From Eledone cirrhosa (lineage: Eukaryota), in NCBI GenBank assembly GCA_964016885.1, contig OZ024754.1, forward strand, positions 41,416,001 through 41,480,000: 64,000 bases of DNA. The letters are read 5' to 3'. Position numbers and translations under genes: made by a program. Under the pieces are notes generated by a model that worked only from the letters and a program-made list of their open reading frames with translations, searched no databases and was not told the origin of the DNA. Shown here piece by piece: positions 35,256 through 48,842 of the stretch; position 1 is the stretch's first letter, and each line of letters begins with the position of its first letter.

Positions 35256-37869
35256 ATCATCATCATCATCATCATTTTACGTCCGCTTTTCCCTGCTTGC
35301 AAGGGTGGGACGGGTCTTATTCAGCACAGCATCTCTCCACTCGTCACGGTCCCTCGTCATCTCCACCGTGAGCTTCAATGATCTGAGGTCTGTTCTCACC
35401 ACCTCCGCCCATGTTTTTCGTGGTCTACCTCTACCACGTCTTCCTTCAACTGGCATTTCCTGGCACTTCTTCACCCATCGGTCATCCTCCATGCGCATCA
35501 CATGTCCATACCACCTCAGTCTCCTCTCCCGTACACTACATTCTATCCCTCTCAGACACAGTTTCTCTCTCAACACATTTATGCTGGGTCGTTCACGCAC
35601 ATTTACACTGCACATCCAACGGAGCATGCTTGCCTCATTTCTCTCCAGCCGTCGCATATCTTCTGCGGTAGCTGCCCATGTCTCACTACCATGCAGCATC
35701 GCGCTCCTCACACAGGCATCATACAACCGGCCTTTCGTACGCAGGGAGAAACCCTTCTTCGTCAACAGAGGAAGCAGCTCCCTAAACTTCTTCCAACCCG
35801 TCCTTATTCTAGATACTATGGCCTCGGAACACCCTCCTCCCATGCTAATCTGATCTCCTAGGTACCGGAAGCTATCCACCACTTCTATAGCGCCCTCTCG
35901 CATTTGAAAAATGTGTCTATCAGTGCGACTTCTACTGTCTAATTTCCCTGTACATCTACTGCATACATATTTCTCCCTACCTGTTAGTTTGCCTGCTATC
36001 CCGCTACATCTCTTGTGTACCCAGGACCTACATTGTGTGCATTTTATAGAATTTATGCCAGTTCCTTTTCTGCATATCGAACATGGCCATTTCCCTGACG
36101 GAATCAGGGTTTTGTCCTCTTTTCTACTCATCAACACTTTTGTCTTAGCTAGATTTACTCTCAGTCCTCTTGCTTCCAACTGCTGTTTCCATAGCCGGAA
36201 TTTATTCTCTAGCTCCTCTACTGATTCTGCCATAAGAGCCAGATCGTCAGCATAGAGAAGTTCCCATGGACAGCCAGTCTTAAACTCCTCTGTTATGGCT
36301 TGGAGGACTATAATGAACAAGAGCGGGCTGAGGACCGAACCCTGATGTACTCCTACTTGTATCTGAAATTCCTCACTAAACTCCATTCCTACCCTGACTT
36401 TACTGAGAGTACCTCTGTACAAAGTTTGCACTGTCCTTACAAGCCATTCCTCAACACCCAGCTTCCTTAGGGACCACCAGATGACAGATCGGGGTACCCT
36501 ATCAAAGGCCTTCTCTAGGTCAACAAAGGCTAAGTATAGTGGCTTATTCTTCTCTAAGAACCTCTCTTGCATTTGTCTCACCAAGAAGAGGGCATCTGTT
36601 GTACTCTTCCCAGGCACAAAACCAAACTGCATCTCATCTAGTTTGACCCTTTCTCTAATTAGTTGTGCTAGAATCCTTTCTGCCACTTTCATAACCTGAT
36701 CTATCAGTTTTATACCCCTATAATTGCTCCTCTCCAAAGCATCCCCTTTACCTTTGTAGCAATTTATGAGAATACTGCTGCACCAGTCTTTGGGTATGAC
36801 ACCACCATATATAGCCTGATTGATTATGCGTGCAACCAGTTTAGTGCCTACGTCCCCTGATGCCTTCAGCATCTCAGCAACTATTCCCGATGGTCCGGCC
36901 GCCTTACCATTTTTCATTTCCCTAATCGCCTCTTGGACCCTATATTCGTCAATCTCAATAGCTGGTCCCTCTGTCGGATCTACCAAGGGTAATTTCTCTC
37001 TCTCCCATTCGTTCTCCACATTCATCAGTCTCTCATAATGACATTTCCAGGCCTCCTTTTTCTGGTCATTCGTGACACTAAGTACACCGGCATCATCCCG
37101 GACACATTTATCACCAACAACATCCTGATTTGCATTGACACACTGCCTTGCAATGTGGAACACCGCAAGCCTCTGATCTTCCCGTCGCAGAACATTGGCA
37201 AACCTCCTACTCTCTGCCTCCCTGCGTGCTAAGTACACCTGACGTCTAGCTTCTCTCTTAGTGGCTGTATATTCTTCCCTACTCCCACCCTTATTCCAAG
37301 CCTTCCATGCTAGTCTTTTGTCTCTAATAGCCTTATCTACACTGCTGTTCCACCACCAGGTCACTCTCTGTCTGGTTGGAGCTCTGCTCCAGCCACAGGT
37401 TTCATCAGTAGCCTTCAGCAAGTTGTCACGTAAGAACTTCCAGTTATTATCTATGTCATACGTCTCTAAATCGTCTTCTTTTTCGTCATATACATCTTGA
37501 AGGGCTTTCCTAAATTTGAATTTTAGTGAAAGGTCTTTTAGCTTCCAGACCTTTCTTCTCCACACCTTCCTATATGTCTCATTCCATCTCTTGCTTACTG
37601 AGATATCACTAACAACTAACCTATGCTGTGGGGTACATTCTTCCCCAGGGTATGCCTTGGTATTAGACACTATCTGCCTGTCCCGCTGCCTAACTAGCAG
37701 GAAGTCAATCTGGCTTATGTGCTCACCAGATTTGTAGGTTATTAGGTGATTGGCAGGTTTCTGGAAGTTTGTGTTGCAAATAGTCAATGTACTTGCATCA
37801 CAAAATTCAAGAAGTCTCACTCCTTCTTCATTTCTTGAACCGTAACCGTGCCCACCATGTACCCCAGTG
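35256..37869 (-). mobile_element. RTE-clade LINE, 5'-truncated, young
   Basis: (GAT)n tail 35256-35275; TSD taaatccatgtgtgtgtgtatatacacac at 35219 and 37870; stop-free frame. Confidence 0.97.
35277..37868 (-). CDS. Partial RTE ORF: C-terminal APE endonuclease, reverse transcriptase, PHD-like Zn finger (N-terminus missing)
   Basis: APE motifs NEEG..LLEFC, TY.SG..SQIDF, QHRLVV; RT motifs YRGIKL, QFGF..GKST.DA, FVDLEKAFDRV, GVHQGSVLSPLLF, YADDL; CxxC...CxxC...HxxC...CxxC; RLRWYGHV..GRPRKTW. The first ~60 aa of the listed ORF are flanking microsatellite. Confidence 0.93.
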   Translation of the reverse strand, partial: TGVHGGHGYGSRNEEGVRLLEFCDASTLTICNTNFQKPANHLITYKSGEHISQIDFLLVRQRDRQIVSNTKAYPGEECTPQHRLVVSDISVSKRWNETYRKVWRRKVWKLKDLSLKFKFRKALQDVYDEKEDDLETYDIDNNWKFLRDNLLKATDETCGWSRAPTRQRVTWWWNSSVDKAIRDKRLAWKAWNKGGSREEYTATKREARRQVYLARREAESRRFANVLRREDQRLAVFHIARQCVNANQDVVGDKCVRDDAGVLSVTNDQKKEAWKCHYERLMNVENEWEREKLPLVDPTEGPAIEIDEYRVQEAIREMKNGKAAGPSGIVAEMLKASGDVGTKLVARIINQAIYGGVIPKDWCSSILINCYKGKGDALERSNYRGIKLIDQVMKVAERILAQLIRERVKLDEMQFGFVPGKSTTDALFLVRQMQERFLEKNKPLYLAFVDLEKAFDRVPRSVIWWSLRKLGVEEWLVRTVQTLYRGTLSKVRVGMEFSEEFQIQVGVHQGSVLSPLLFIIVLQAITEEFKTGCPWELLYADDLALMAESVEELENKFRLWKQQLEARGLRVNLAKTKVLMSRKEDKTLIPSGKWPCSICRKGTGINSIKCTQCRSWVHKRCSGIAGKLTGREKYVCSRCTGKLDSRSRTDRHIFQMREGAIEVVDSFRYLGDQISMGGGCSEAIVSRIRTGWKKFRELLPLLTKKGFSLRTKGRLYDACVRSAMLHGSETWAATAEDMRRLERNEASMLRWMCSVNVRERPSINVLREKLCLRGIECSVRERRLRWYGHVMRMEDDRWVKKCQEMPVEGRRGRGRPRKTWAEVVRTDLRSLKLTVEMTRDRDEWRDAVLNKTRPTLASREKRT

Positions 37870-37984
37870 TAAATCCATGTGTGTGTGTATATACACACAC
37901 ACATGCACACACACACACACACAGACACACACATATATATATATACACATATATATATATAAACATGCTTATATATATATGAAT

Positions 37985-38063
37985 GAGTGGTTAGAGAATT
38001 GAATTTGCAATTGTGAGGTTGTGAGTTCAATTCCTGGACAGGGCAAGACACTATTTCATGTTG
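37985..38063 (+). mobile_element. tRNA-derived SINE head (family of 16715)
   Basis: agtggttagag...gtgagttcaattcc...gggcaagacactatttca. Confidence 0.75.
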
Positions 38064-39132
<1,069 letters not shown>

Positions 39133-39470
39133 GAACACTTCAGAGAGCATTAGGGTCATAAAAAAGAGGATAGTTTAACAAATAACACCCAGTAGAGTTT
39201 TGTAGTCAGTCAAGCTCCAACAGTAAAAGATCAGACTGTAAATACCCCCCCCCCCCTCCTACAAGCCCCCCCCCGTCCCTCCCTACACACTCCTACCCCC
39301 CTCTCTACACACTTCTAGAAAAGATATTTAGAATTTCCATTTGATCATATGTCACACCTCTCTCTCTCCCTCTCTCTGATTTCTCCTCTCAAGTGATTGT
39401 ATTTTAATAGCTGTGTTATAATATATATATTAGAGGATCTCTCTCTCTCTCTCTTCATAGATATATATAT

Positions 39471-39658
39471 AATTGTTTCTACATTTGGCACAAGGCCAGC
39501 AATTACCCAGTGTATTACTGGTACTTTATTTTATCGACCCCATAAGGATGAAAGGCAAAGTTAACCTCGGCGGGATTTGAACTCAGAATGGCAAGGGCCG
39601 TAACTCTATGCGTCAAAGCATGGCGTCCGACCCTCTACCGATACTGCCAATCCACTGG
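39471..39658 (-). mobile_element. Meta-domain SINE with TSD
   Basis: Family match; catagatatatatataat flanks both sides (~39456 and ~39665). Confidence 0.92.
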
Positions 39659-39738
39659 CCATTCCATAGATATATATATAATACTATTTAAAGATGTGTG
39701 TGTGTATATATATATATATATATAATACTATTTAAAGA

Positions 39739-39776
<38 letters not shown>

Positions 39777-39818
39777 ATACTATTTAAAGATATATATATA
39801 TATAATACTATTTAAAGA

Positions 39819-39879
<61 letters not shown>

Positions 39880-39932
39880 CTATTTAAAGATATATATATA
39901 TGTAATACTATATTATATGTATACATATAAAG

Positions 39933-39990
<58 letters not shown>

Positions 39991-40007
39991 CATCTCATAT
40001 ATATATT

Positions 40008-40117
40008 TATATATAAAGTTGAAATGCAATTGGAGTCGTTAAGAAGATTTATTAATGATAATGTATCGTTAATAAATCTTCTTAAAGACTCCAATTGCAT
40101 TTTCAACTTTATATATA
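40008..40117. repeat. Palindrome in (TA)n (arms 40008-40060 and 40064-40117)
   Basis: aaagttgaaatgcaattggagtc...gactccaattgcattttcaacttt; no hammerhead core seen. Confidence 0.85.
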
Positions 40118-40327
40118 TATAAATATATATCTATATATATATATACACATACACATAAGATATATGCTCTTTTCTTTTCCTTGCTTTAGCGGGTAAAATT
40201 ACCTTGAAATGGTGCAATCCACAAAACTCAGATTAGTTATTGACCATTTTTCCTTGTGTTTGTAACACCCCACCCCCACCACCACCACACACACAAAGAT
40301 TTGAATGTGTGTGTGTATATATAAAAA

Positions 40328-40516
40328 GTCTCCCAGTCCACATTGTAAATGTGGTTGGTGTTAGGAAGGGCATCCAGCCATAGAAAACCTGCCAGAGACG
40401 CTTCTGTACGAGCGAGACAAGGTCTCCCGACCAATCTCGCATCAAATGGAACAGCACCATCTAACCCATGCTAGCATGGAAGATGGACGTTAAACGACGA
40501 TGATGACGATGATGAT
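40328..40516 (+). mobile_element. RTE-tailed element 3' fragment
   Basis: ctcccagtccaca...aacccatgctagcatggaagatggacgttaaacgacgatg. Confidence 0.88.
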
Positions 40517-41185
40517 GTATATACATTAAAACAACAACAGAAGGATGGACTGGAAAATTTACTTTAGAATTTTAATTCCACAAAAGCACTATGCATGTTT
40601 CAATGGCCGAACCCCATCATCTGATTATGATGTAAGGCTGGAAGATGTCATCAGGTGTTATTTGCAGAATTATATAATAGGATTACATTGAACCCAAACA
40701 GTGGAGAGAGTGAGAGGGATTGAAAGAGAGTGTGGGGTAGAAAGAGAGAAAGACAGAGGAAGATAAAGGAAGAAAAAGAGAGAAAGTGGAGTGAGAGAGA
40801 GAGTGTGGGAGAAAGAGAGACAAAGAAAGAGAAAGAAAAAGAGAGAGAAATAAAAAGAGAGAAAGAGAGAGAGAGAGAGAGAATTACATTATTGATGAAT
40901 TTGTTTGTGAAAAGTAGTAGATTTCTAATAACGAGTTAATGGAGGAGAAGCAACCAAAACTAAAATGTAATATTATCTCTGTTAAAACTGGAGATAACTT
41001 ATGAGGATATAATTTCTGTTAAATGGTGCTGTTGTTGGTGGTGCTGTTGTTGGTGATGGTGGTGGTGGTGGTGGTGATGTTAGTGGTGCTACTGAAAATC
41101 CTGCTGTTAATGGTGCTACTGAAAGTGCTGCTGTTAATGGCAATAAAAGACCTATTCTAAAAGTCTCACTGTGATGAATTTTAGT

Positions 41186-41466
41186 TTAACCCTTTAGCAT
41201 TTACATTACTTTATATTTATTATTGTATTTTCACAGTAAAGGCTTCACCTCACATAATTATCTCACATAATATCAAAGCTATGAGATACTGATATTATTT
41301 ATTTTGCCTTTCATCCTTACAGGGTCGATAAAATAAAGTACCAGTAATGCACTGGGTAATTGCTGGCCTTGTGCCAAAGAGTAGAAACAATTATTTATTT
41401 TGAGAACAATACCATAACATCAGTATGAGTGGCCAGTTATGGTTGGTTTAAATGCTAAAGGGTCAA
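41186..41466 (+). mobile_element. MITE M1 containing a Meta-SINE 3' fragment (41303-41392)
   Basis: TTAA-ccctttagcattt...aaatgctaaaggg-tcaa; SINE TSD attatttattttg at 41294 and 41390. Confidence 0.9.
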
Positions 41467-41542
41467 ACTGTTTTATGTTTAGAAAAAATTTAAATCAAAA
41501 TTTAATCCCAAAGAGAGGACATTGAAACATTATCCACTGAAA

Positions 41543-41582
41543 GTTCCTGATAAAGGGACTTTTAGGTCCCGAAATATTGGAT
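41543..41582 (+). ncRNA. Minimal hammerhead with core variant CUGAUAA (probably inactive)
   Basis: gttc CTGATAA a gggac ttttag gtccc GAAA tatt ggat; palindromic AATATT stem III. Confidence 0.6.
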
Positions 41583-42483
41583 AGTTGAAAGAACAACAAT
41601 AACAACAAATATTACCAGGTAACTTCTACTTTTCGTTACCTCATCTTACAGTCCATTTTGTATTGTTTAGCCTTCTATCTCTTTCAATGTTATATCTGTC
41701 CCTTATTCTGTTATTCTGTTATTTCAGACCCTAAAAGTCCCTTCTTTGGGGTTTAAGGAACTTTCAGTGGATAATGTTCCAATTTCCTCTCTTTGGGATA
41801 AAATTTTGATTTTGAATTAAATTGTTTTTCTGAATATAAAACAGTTTAAACTAAAATTCATCATGGCCGATTTGATTACTGTGACAGACTTTTAGAATAA
41901 GTCCTTTATAACATTTTATTGTTTTATATCTAATTTGCCTTCAATTTTCAGTTGAAATATCTTTCCCCCAATACATCTCGCACAGATACCAACTAAATTT
42001 ATATTTTTATATGAAGTTAGTAGAGACTTTACAAGCAACTAAACGTGCAGTTTTTTTATTTTTAATATAATATTTGTAAATAAAAATTTAGTGCAAATTC
42101 TTGTTACTGAACTAATGATATGTATTTTAGAAAACACATCTCTCTGAAAACTTGTGGAATAAATATAAAAAATATACATTTATTTTCACTAATATTGATT
42201 GTGTGTCTGTGTGTGTGTGAGTGTGTGTGTTGGTGTGTGTGTGTGTGTCTATGTGCGTCTGTGTGCATGGTATGTGTATGTGTGCACGTATGTGTATGTG
42301 TGTAAGTACGTGTGTCTGTGTGGCTATGCATGTGTGAGTGAATGTATGTGTGTGTGTGTCTGTAACTGCATGTGTATGTGCCTATGTATATATGTGTGTG
42401 TGACTGCATATGTGTGTGTGTATATGTATGTGTGTGTGTCTGTGTATATGTATGTGTCCATGTATATGAATGTATGTGTGTGT

Positions 42484-42521
<38 letters not shown>

Positions 42522-42722
42522 TTTAAACATGATTAATGTATTGTTTATTCCTCCAACAATTCATTACATTTAGGTTTATCTGAAACCAGATTTCCTCAAC
42601 TACTACTTATATTGATCAACTATTATTTTGTTCATTCACATTGGGACGGACACACACACATTCCAGATATTCTAAATGCTGCTTAAATCACCCACTTTCT
42701 TTACATTTCTATTTGCAGGCCC

Positions 42723-42878
42723 TTAACCCTTTAGCATTTAGACCAGCCATATCTGGCCAGAATTCTCTCACCGCTTTCTCTTCAAACTGGCTGTAACTTG
42801 CCACTCATACTGATGTTAAGATATTGTTCTCAAAATAAATAATATCCAAATCTCAGATTCGATATTATGTGAGATAAC
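42723..42878 (-). mobile_element. MITE M1 partial
   Basis: ttaaccctttagcattt followed by the reverse-complement body. Confidence 0.82.
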
Positions 42879-43317
42879 CATCAACCTTGTTACATATGAT
42901 TGATTCCTGGCTACCTAAGGAAAGTGAAACTGTGCAAAATATTACCCCCCCCCCCCACTCCTAACTGATAATCAATTGTGTCAAGGTTTTCAATTAACAG
43001 ATCACAGGAACTCTCTCAGGTAGAAGTATGTCAATAGCTGTGAAGGTTATAATATCCTGTCTACCAGTTAATTCAGACTGTCTATTTTTCTCATTTTCTT
43101 TCTCTAACAAAGCCATCACCGTCAACTGACTGGGTTAGATTATCAAGTCATGAGTCACTCAACTATGAATGACAGTTGTAAAGTAGAAATGTATGTTGAA
43201 GAAGAAGCAAGTGTTTATATGAACAACAGGAGGTTACTAATCTTAACATTTTGTACTACATTAACCAGGCATTCTTGAAAAGTACAAAACAACACTATGG
43301 TAGCATTACTTTAAAGA

Positions 43318-43766
43318 TTAACACTTTCATTTCCATATTTCTAAGGAAAAACATTGCCTATCATTTTCAAATATTTTTGAAATAGTCAAAAATTTGGAAG
43401 AATTTATTAATATAACTTTCACATTAGTAAATTGGTGCTTGGAGCTGTTTTATGAAACTGGTTCTTACATAAAATTAGAAACAGGAAGTTTGTAGATAAA
43501 TTTAAATACTTTAACCCTTTAGCATTTACATTACTCTATATTTACTATTGTATTTTCACAGTAAAGGATTTACCTCATATAAATATCTCACATAATATCG
43601 AATCTATAAGATTTTGATATTTATTTTGAGAACAATACCGTTACAGCCAGTTTCAACAGAAAGAGGTGAGAGAATTCTGGCCAGATATGACTGGTTTAAA
43701 TGTTAATGGGTTAAAATAAACAGAGCCAGGGGTAATTTCAGGTGGTTTGGTATCGAAAGGGTTTAA
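43318..43766. mobile_element. MITE M2 with nested MITE M1 (43511-43714)
   Basis: Outer ends ttaacactttc / ggtatcgaaagggtttaa; inner TTAA-ccctttagc...aatgggTTAA. Confidence 0.75.
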
Positions 43767-44169
43767 TGATTTTTTTACAATTTTTACAATTTTCTATCCA
43801 AAAAGATGCAACAAACATGTTTTCAGATATTTTCTGCTTAAATCATTACAGAATGTTAAGAATTAAAGACACAGTCAATAATTCAAAAGCTAATGGAATA
43901 AATATACTTTCCTGAACACAACCTAATTCTCTACACAAATATAAACACTATTAAAATCCATTGACATCTGGTTAGTGTATGATAAAAATGAAAGAAAATG
44001 TATAACTGTTAACATAGATTATTTCTGAAAGTATATGAAGCAGCCATTTTGTAAGAAACATCATAACACCAACTCTACCACAACAAAGTAGAACATATTT
44101 TGTTATTCTAATGTATTTATTTTGAATATGCAGTGTCTAACTCAAGAGTAAAAAACATATATTTCTATT

Positions 44170-44383
44170 TTAACCCTTTAGCATTTACATTACTTTATAT
44201 ATACTATTGTTTTCACTGTAAAGGCTTTACCTCACATAATATCAAGTCTATGATATTTTGATATTATTTATTTTGAGAACAAAAGCTTAACATAGGTATG
44301 AGCAGCTGATTACAGCTGGTTTGAACAGAAAGAGGTGAGAGAATTTTGGCTGGATATGACCAGTTTAAATGTTAAAGGGTTAA
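44170..44383 (+). mobile_element. piggyBac-type MITE M1, complete
   Basis: TTAA-ccctttagcattt...aaatgttaaaggg-TTAA. Confidence 0.92.
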
Positions 44384-45237
44384 ACATGGTAACAAGCTGG
44401 TTTGTTGGTGGTCATGACACCTACACGAACACTGTACAGTGTGGATTTGGGCGTTTTTTGTCATGACACCTACACGACTACATTACAGTGTGGATTAGGC
44501 GTTTTTTTTGTCATGACACTTACACGACCACTTTACAGTTGTAGACTGGCACTTCTAAACTGATATAATTTATGGCACTTGGTTGGATTTTCCCTCAATC
44601 TCATCATTTGCCTTACACATCTCCATATTGGCCAACAAATATTCTAGAATTCTACAATGAATACAACTGAAGAAATTGATGGAGAAAAATATATGAATGA
44701 GATTATTTCTCAGGAAATTAAAACTCAATAGAGAGAGATTTTTTTACTATGTGGCCATTTAATCAATTACTGTCACGGGACTAAAGAATGAAAAATATTC
44801 CATTGTATACCGGTGTTGAAATTATTCCAAGGTGAGGATTTATGGTCCAGTCACATACTAAGGTTATTGACTATAGAAAAGAAATCATGTTCCCTAAACA
44901 AGAAAACATTCTTCACACTGATCTAAATGATAATTCTAGAGAAGGAAGGAGTATATTATTTGTGAAATAAAATATAGAGAAATTGTGAACCACAAAACAT
45001 TTTACTGGAAGAAATATTTTACTATATTAAGACAGCAAAAAGGCAGAAATTGAAGACTGTCAGATTAAATGTTTGAAATCATTAGTAGTGGTGGTGGTGG
45101 CTGTGGTGGTAGTGATAGTAAAGTGGTAGTGACGGAGGAGAGAAGTAGTTTTTTATTTCCTACATTCTTTTTTATTTTATATTTACATATACATACCCAT
45201 GCTAGCGTGGAAAATGGACGTTAAACGATGATGATGA

Positions 45238-45280
<43 letters not shown>

Positions 45281-45696
45281 TATATATATATATACACACA
45301 CACAAACAAGAGAAGAGGGTGGAGCCATCAATATTCCAGCAGTGACCTGACATACAAAACATTGCCAGAAATGATTACCAAACTAAACCAATTCGTTACC
45401 ACAGCCATGAAGTCTCCCCCCCACTCTATCTCAACCTACCAGCTCTCATCCCACCCTACTTCACCCCACTCTATCTCGACCTACCAGCTCTCATCCCACC
45501 CTACTTCACCCCACTCTCCCTACACTTCATCTGTTGCTTTAACTATTTCTACTCTGGCTGTGTTTGATGAAAAACCTGCACTGATTTCCATGCGACATCA
45601 TTTGTTTTCGAAGTATTTTAGTTTAGTTTTTCAACATTGTCAAGGTTCAAATTCAACTAATGTTCAACGCTCTTCATCCCCCGGGACTGAATGAAA

Positions 45697-45908
45697 TAAG
45701 TACCAATAATATACCAATATGAGTACCAATAATATACCAATATAAGTACCAATAATATACCAATATAAGTACCAATAATATACCAATATAAGTACCAATA
45801 ATATACCAATATAAGTACCAATAATATACCAATATAAGTACCAATAATATACCAATATAAGTACCAATAATATACCAATAATATACCAATATAAGTACCA
45901 ATAATATA
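45697..45908. repeat. 23-bp minisatellite, ~9 copies, within a decayed Meta-SINE
   Basis: Unit taagtaccaataatataccaata; preceded by ggttcaaattc...cttcatccc...gaaataagtacc. Confidence 0.9.
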
Positions 45909-46223
45909 CTAAAACTGATTCAAATAACTATATCCATCCACCCCTTCTCCCTGCAAATATCTCGCCAATAAACAACAAACAACAGAATTAATGTTACATT
46001 ATAGGAATGTTAATGAGAAATGTTTCTTCTATACACAGAGGGCAAGGAATGTGGTGACATCCATACCTTTCTCAAGGACAACAGCAACACAAGTGGACCA
46101 AAGTATTATTTGATGATGATGATGATGATGATGATTCCCACAAATGATATCACACACAGAAGACTGCTCTCCCCCACCCCTTTATACAGAATATAGTGAT
46201 GTAACTCATTCCAGACAATATTA

Positions 46224-46715
46224 TTCTGAGTTCAAATCCCGCCGAGGTTAACTTTGCCTTTATATCCTTACAGGGTAAAATAAAGTACCGGTAATGTACT
46301 GGATCGATTTAATTGACTTTCCTCTCCCCCAAAATTGCTGGCCTTGTACCCAAATCACAAACCATTATTATTTGGCAGTATCGGTAGAGGGTCGGACGCC
46401 ATGCTTTCCAGCATAGTTACGTCCCTTTATGGTCTGAGTTCAAATCACACCAAGGTTGACTTTGCCTTTCATCCTTACGGGGTCGATAAAATAAAGTACC
46501 AGTAATGCACTGGGTAATTGCTGGCCTTGTGCCAAAAGTAGAAACAATTATTATTATTATTTATAGAGTTACGGCCCTTGCCATTCTGAGTTCAAATCCC
46601 GCCAAGGTTAACTTTGCCTTTCATCCTTACGGGGGTCGATAAAATAAAGTACCAGTAATACACTGGAGTAATTGCTGGCCTTGTGCCAAAAGTAGAAACA
46701 ATTATTATTATTATT
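46224..46715 (+). mobile_element. Cluster of three Meta-domain SINEs
   Basis: Copies at ~46224, ~46372 and ~46564. Confidence 0.9.
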
Positions 46716-46804
46716 ATTTCTCTCCAAGATTGATTTCCAGATTGTTCCAGCTCCATTCCAATTCTAGTTGAATCTGTGTGTTCCATTCATTCATCTCCTT
46801 GCCT

Positions 46805-46838
<34 letters not shown>

Positions 46839-47802
46839 ACCAGACATTGCATTCAGTCTGAAGATTGTTGCACTTTAATAACCCCATAATCCCCCCCCCC
46901 CCCCACATCGCATCTCCTCCTCCCACCACTCCTACAAACTCCCACCTCATTCATTCACCCATTTCCCTCTTGTGTTCCTGCAACATATTTCTTGAATAGT
47001 TAACCACCCCACCACCACCACCACATACAACATCACCCTCCCCCCACACACAACCACCACCACCTCACACATCTTCCACCCTACCACCACCACCACCTCA
47101 CACATCTTCCACCCTACCACCACCACCTCACATCTTCCACTCCACCACCACCACCACCACCTCACACATCTTCCACCCCACCCCACCACCACCCCACCAC
47201 CACCACTACCACCACCACCAACACCACCACCACTACCAACACCACCACCAACACCACTACTACCACTACCACCACTACCAACACCAACACCACTACCACC
47301 ACCAACACCACTACTACCACTACCACCACTACCAACACCACCACCACCACCACCACCACCACCACCAACACCACTACTACCACTACCACCACTACCAACA
47401 CCACCACCACCACCACCACCACCACCACCACCACCACTCCCCCCCTTCCTCTCTATCTCATCCAGTCTCAGTTCCATTCCTTACTTCTCCAGACAATAAT
47501 ATCAAGTACATATCATTACACACAGAATTTCTAGGAAACAAAACAAAACATAGAATTCATCTCCAGGTATAGTTTAAATCATTTAATAAATAAATAAAAT
47601 AATTGACAGCATTTAATTAATTTCATTATTTCTTAATTAGATACAAACAAAGCATTTAAAATTTAGGAGATAGAAATTTGGTCATGTTCATGATTTTCCC
47701 AATTACAATATTTCAAATAAAAGACATTGTCTAAGATTTTCAAATAATTTCGAGGATTTAGTAAAAATATATTTACTTTTTCATTATTAATTTGGTATTC
47801 AG

Positions 47803-47980
47803 AGCGGTGGACTGGCAGTATCGGTAGAGAGTCGGACGCCATGCTTTGCAGCATAGAGTTACCGCCCTTTATGATCTGAGTTCAAATCCCGCCGAGGTTA
47901 ACTTTGTCTTTCATCCTTACGGGATCGATAAAATAAAGTACCAGTAATGTACTGGGGTGGATTTAATCGACTTTCCTCTC
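47803..47980 (+). mobile_element. Meta-domain SINE
   Basis: Family match. Confidence 0.9.
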
Positions 47981-48159
47981 CAACCAAAAACGAAAAATCA
48001 GTGATGCATCGGACACCTCTATTGATTTCGGAGCATATCCTCTTTCTGGGGTTTCTGACTCTACGAGTCTATATCGTCCACCTTCATCCCCTTTTACGTG
48101 CCCTTGGGTTGGTCACTGGTTAGTGACGACATCATAATTCTGATGCTACCATTAGACAA

Positions 48160-48194
<35 letters not shown>

Positions 48195-48198
<4 letters not shown>

Positions 48199-48337
48199 AA
48201 CGAGTAGGACCCCGACGGCTGAGCTCAAGCCGTTTCGACGGCTAATTCTGGACTAAATTAGTCACTCTACTACCTTAAGTATTGAGTACTTTGGTGCGTT
48301 ATGGTCCACCTGGTTCCTTACCACTTTTCCTTCGTTA
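48195..48337. mobile_element. Family C PLE-like insert: inverted short arm plus tail, with no overlap
   Basis: 48195-48263 (-) carries part of stem II, GAAA, stem III and GUC; 48263-48337 (+) is the tail; (TA)n on both sides. Confidence 0.82.
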
Positions 48338-48373
48338 TATATATATATATATTTATATATATACAATGATATA

Positions 48374-48690
48374 AATAAATGGAAACTATATTTATAAAAC
48401 CATATTTATTCTATTATATATATTTCAAGGGTACCAAAACTTTGGTACGCTCTCATCAGATAAAATACAAAGTTTGTTTTATAAATATTGACATATCCAG
48501 GAAGGAGATCTTAATGGTTCAAGTTTTTCCTGGATAGTTTGGTACCCTTGAAATATATATAATAGAATAAATATAGTTTTATAAATATAGTTTCCATTTA
48601 TTAATATTATTGATATTATACTCCAGAAAAAAATCTGTTGAGTGCTTCGAATCAGTTATAAATATTGAACACGCATTTCATTTATTTTGA
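48374..48690. mobile_element. Asymmetric fold-back PLE-like element, family A
   Basis: Arms 48374-48438 and 48538-48602 homologous to 7245-7555; tail with GAGTGCT at 48640. Confidence 0.83.
48407..48467 (-). ncRNA. Type I hammerhead ribozyme
   Basis: Minus strand: tattttat CTGATGA gagc gtaccaaa gt tttggtac cctt GAAA t atat ATA atagaata. Confidence 0.8.
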
Positions 48691-48803
48691 CACTTTCAAA
48701 AACATACATTTCATATAGATTTTATTTTGACTTTTCAGAAAACATACATTCCATCTTAATGAACACTGCTACTTACTTACACCCCCGCAATCTTTGGTCA
48801 CAC

Positions 48804-48840
<37 letters not shown>

Positions 48841-48842
<2 letters not shown>

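Larger units (their letters stand above)
41145..41908. repeat. Old inverted repeat carrying hammerhead-like motifs; left arm interrupted by a MITE
   Basis: 41145-41189 plus 41467-41577 is the reverse complement of ~41719-41908. Confidence 0.75.

Noticed and set aside
37869-38051. N-terminus of the 924-aa ORF
   Set aside because: It lies outside the TSD-defined LINE boundary and is read-through into microsatellite and a SINE head.
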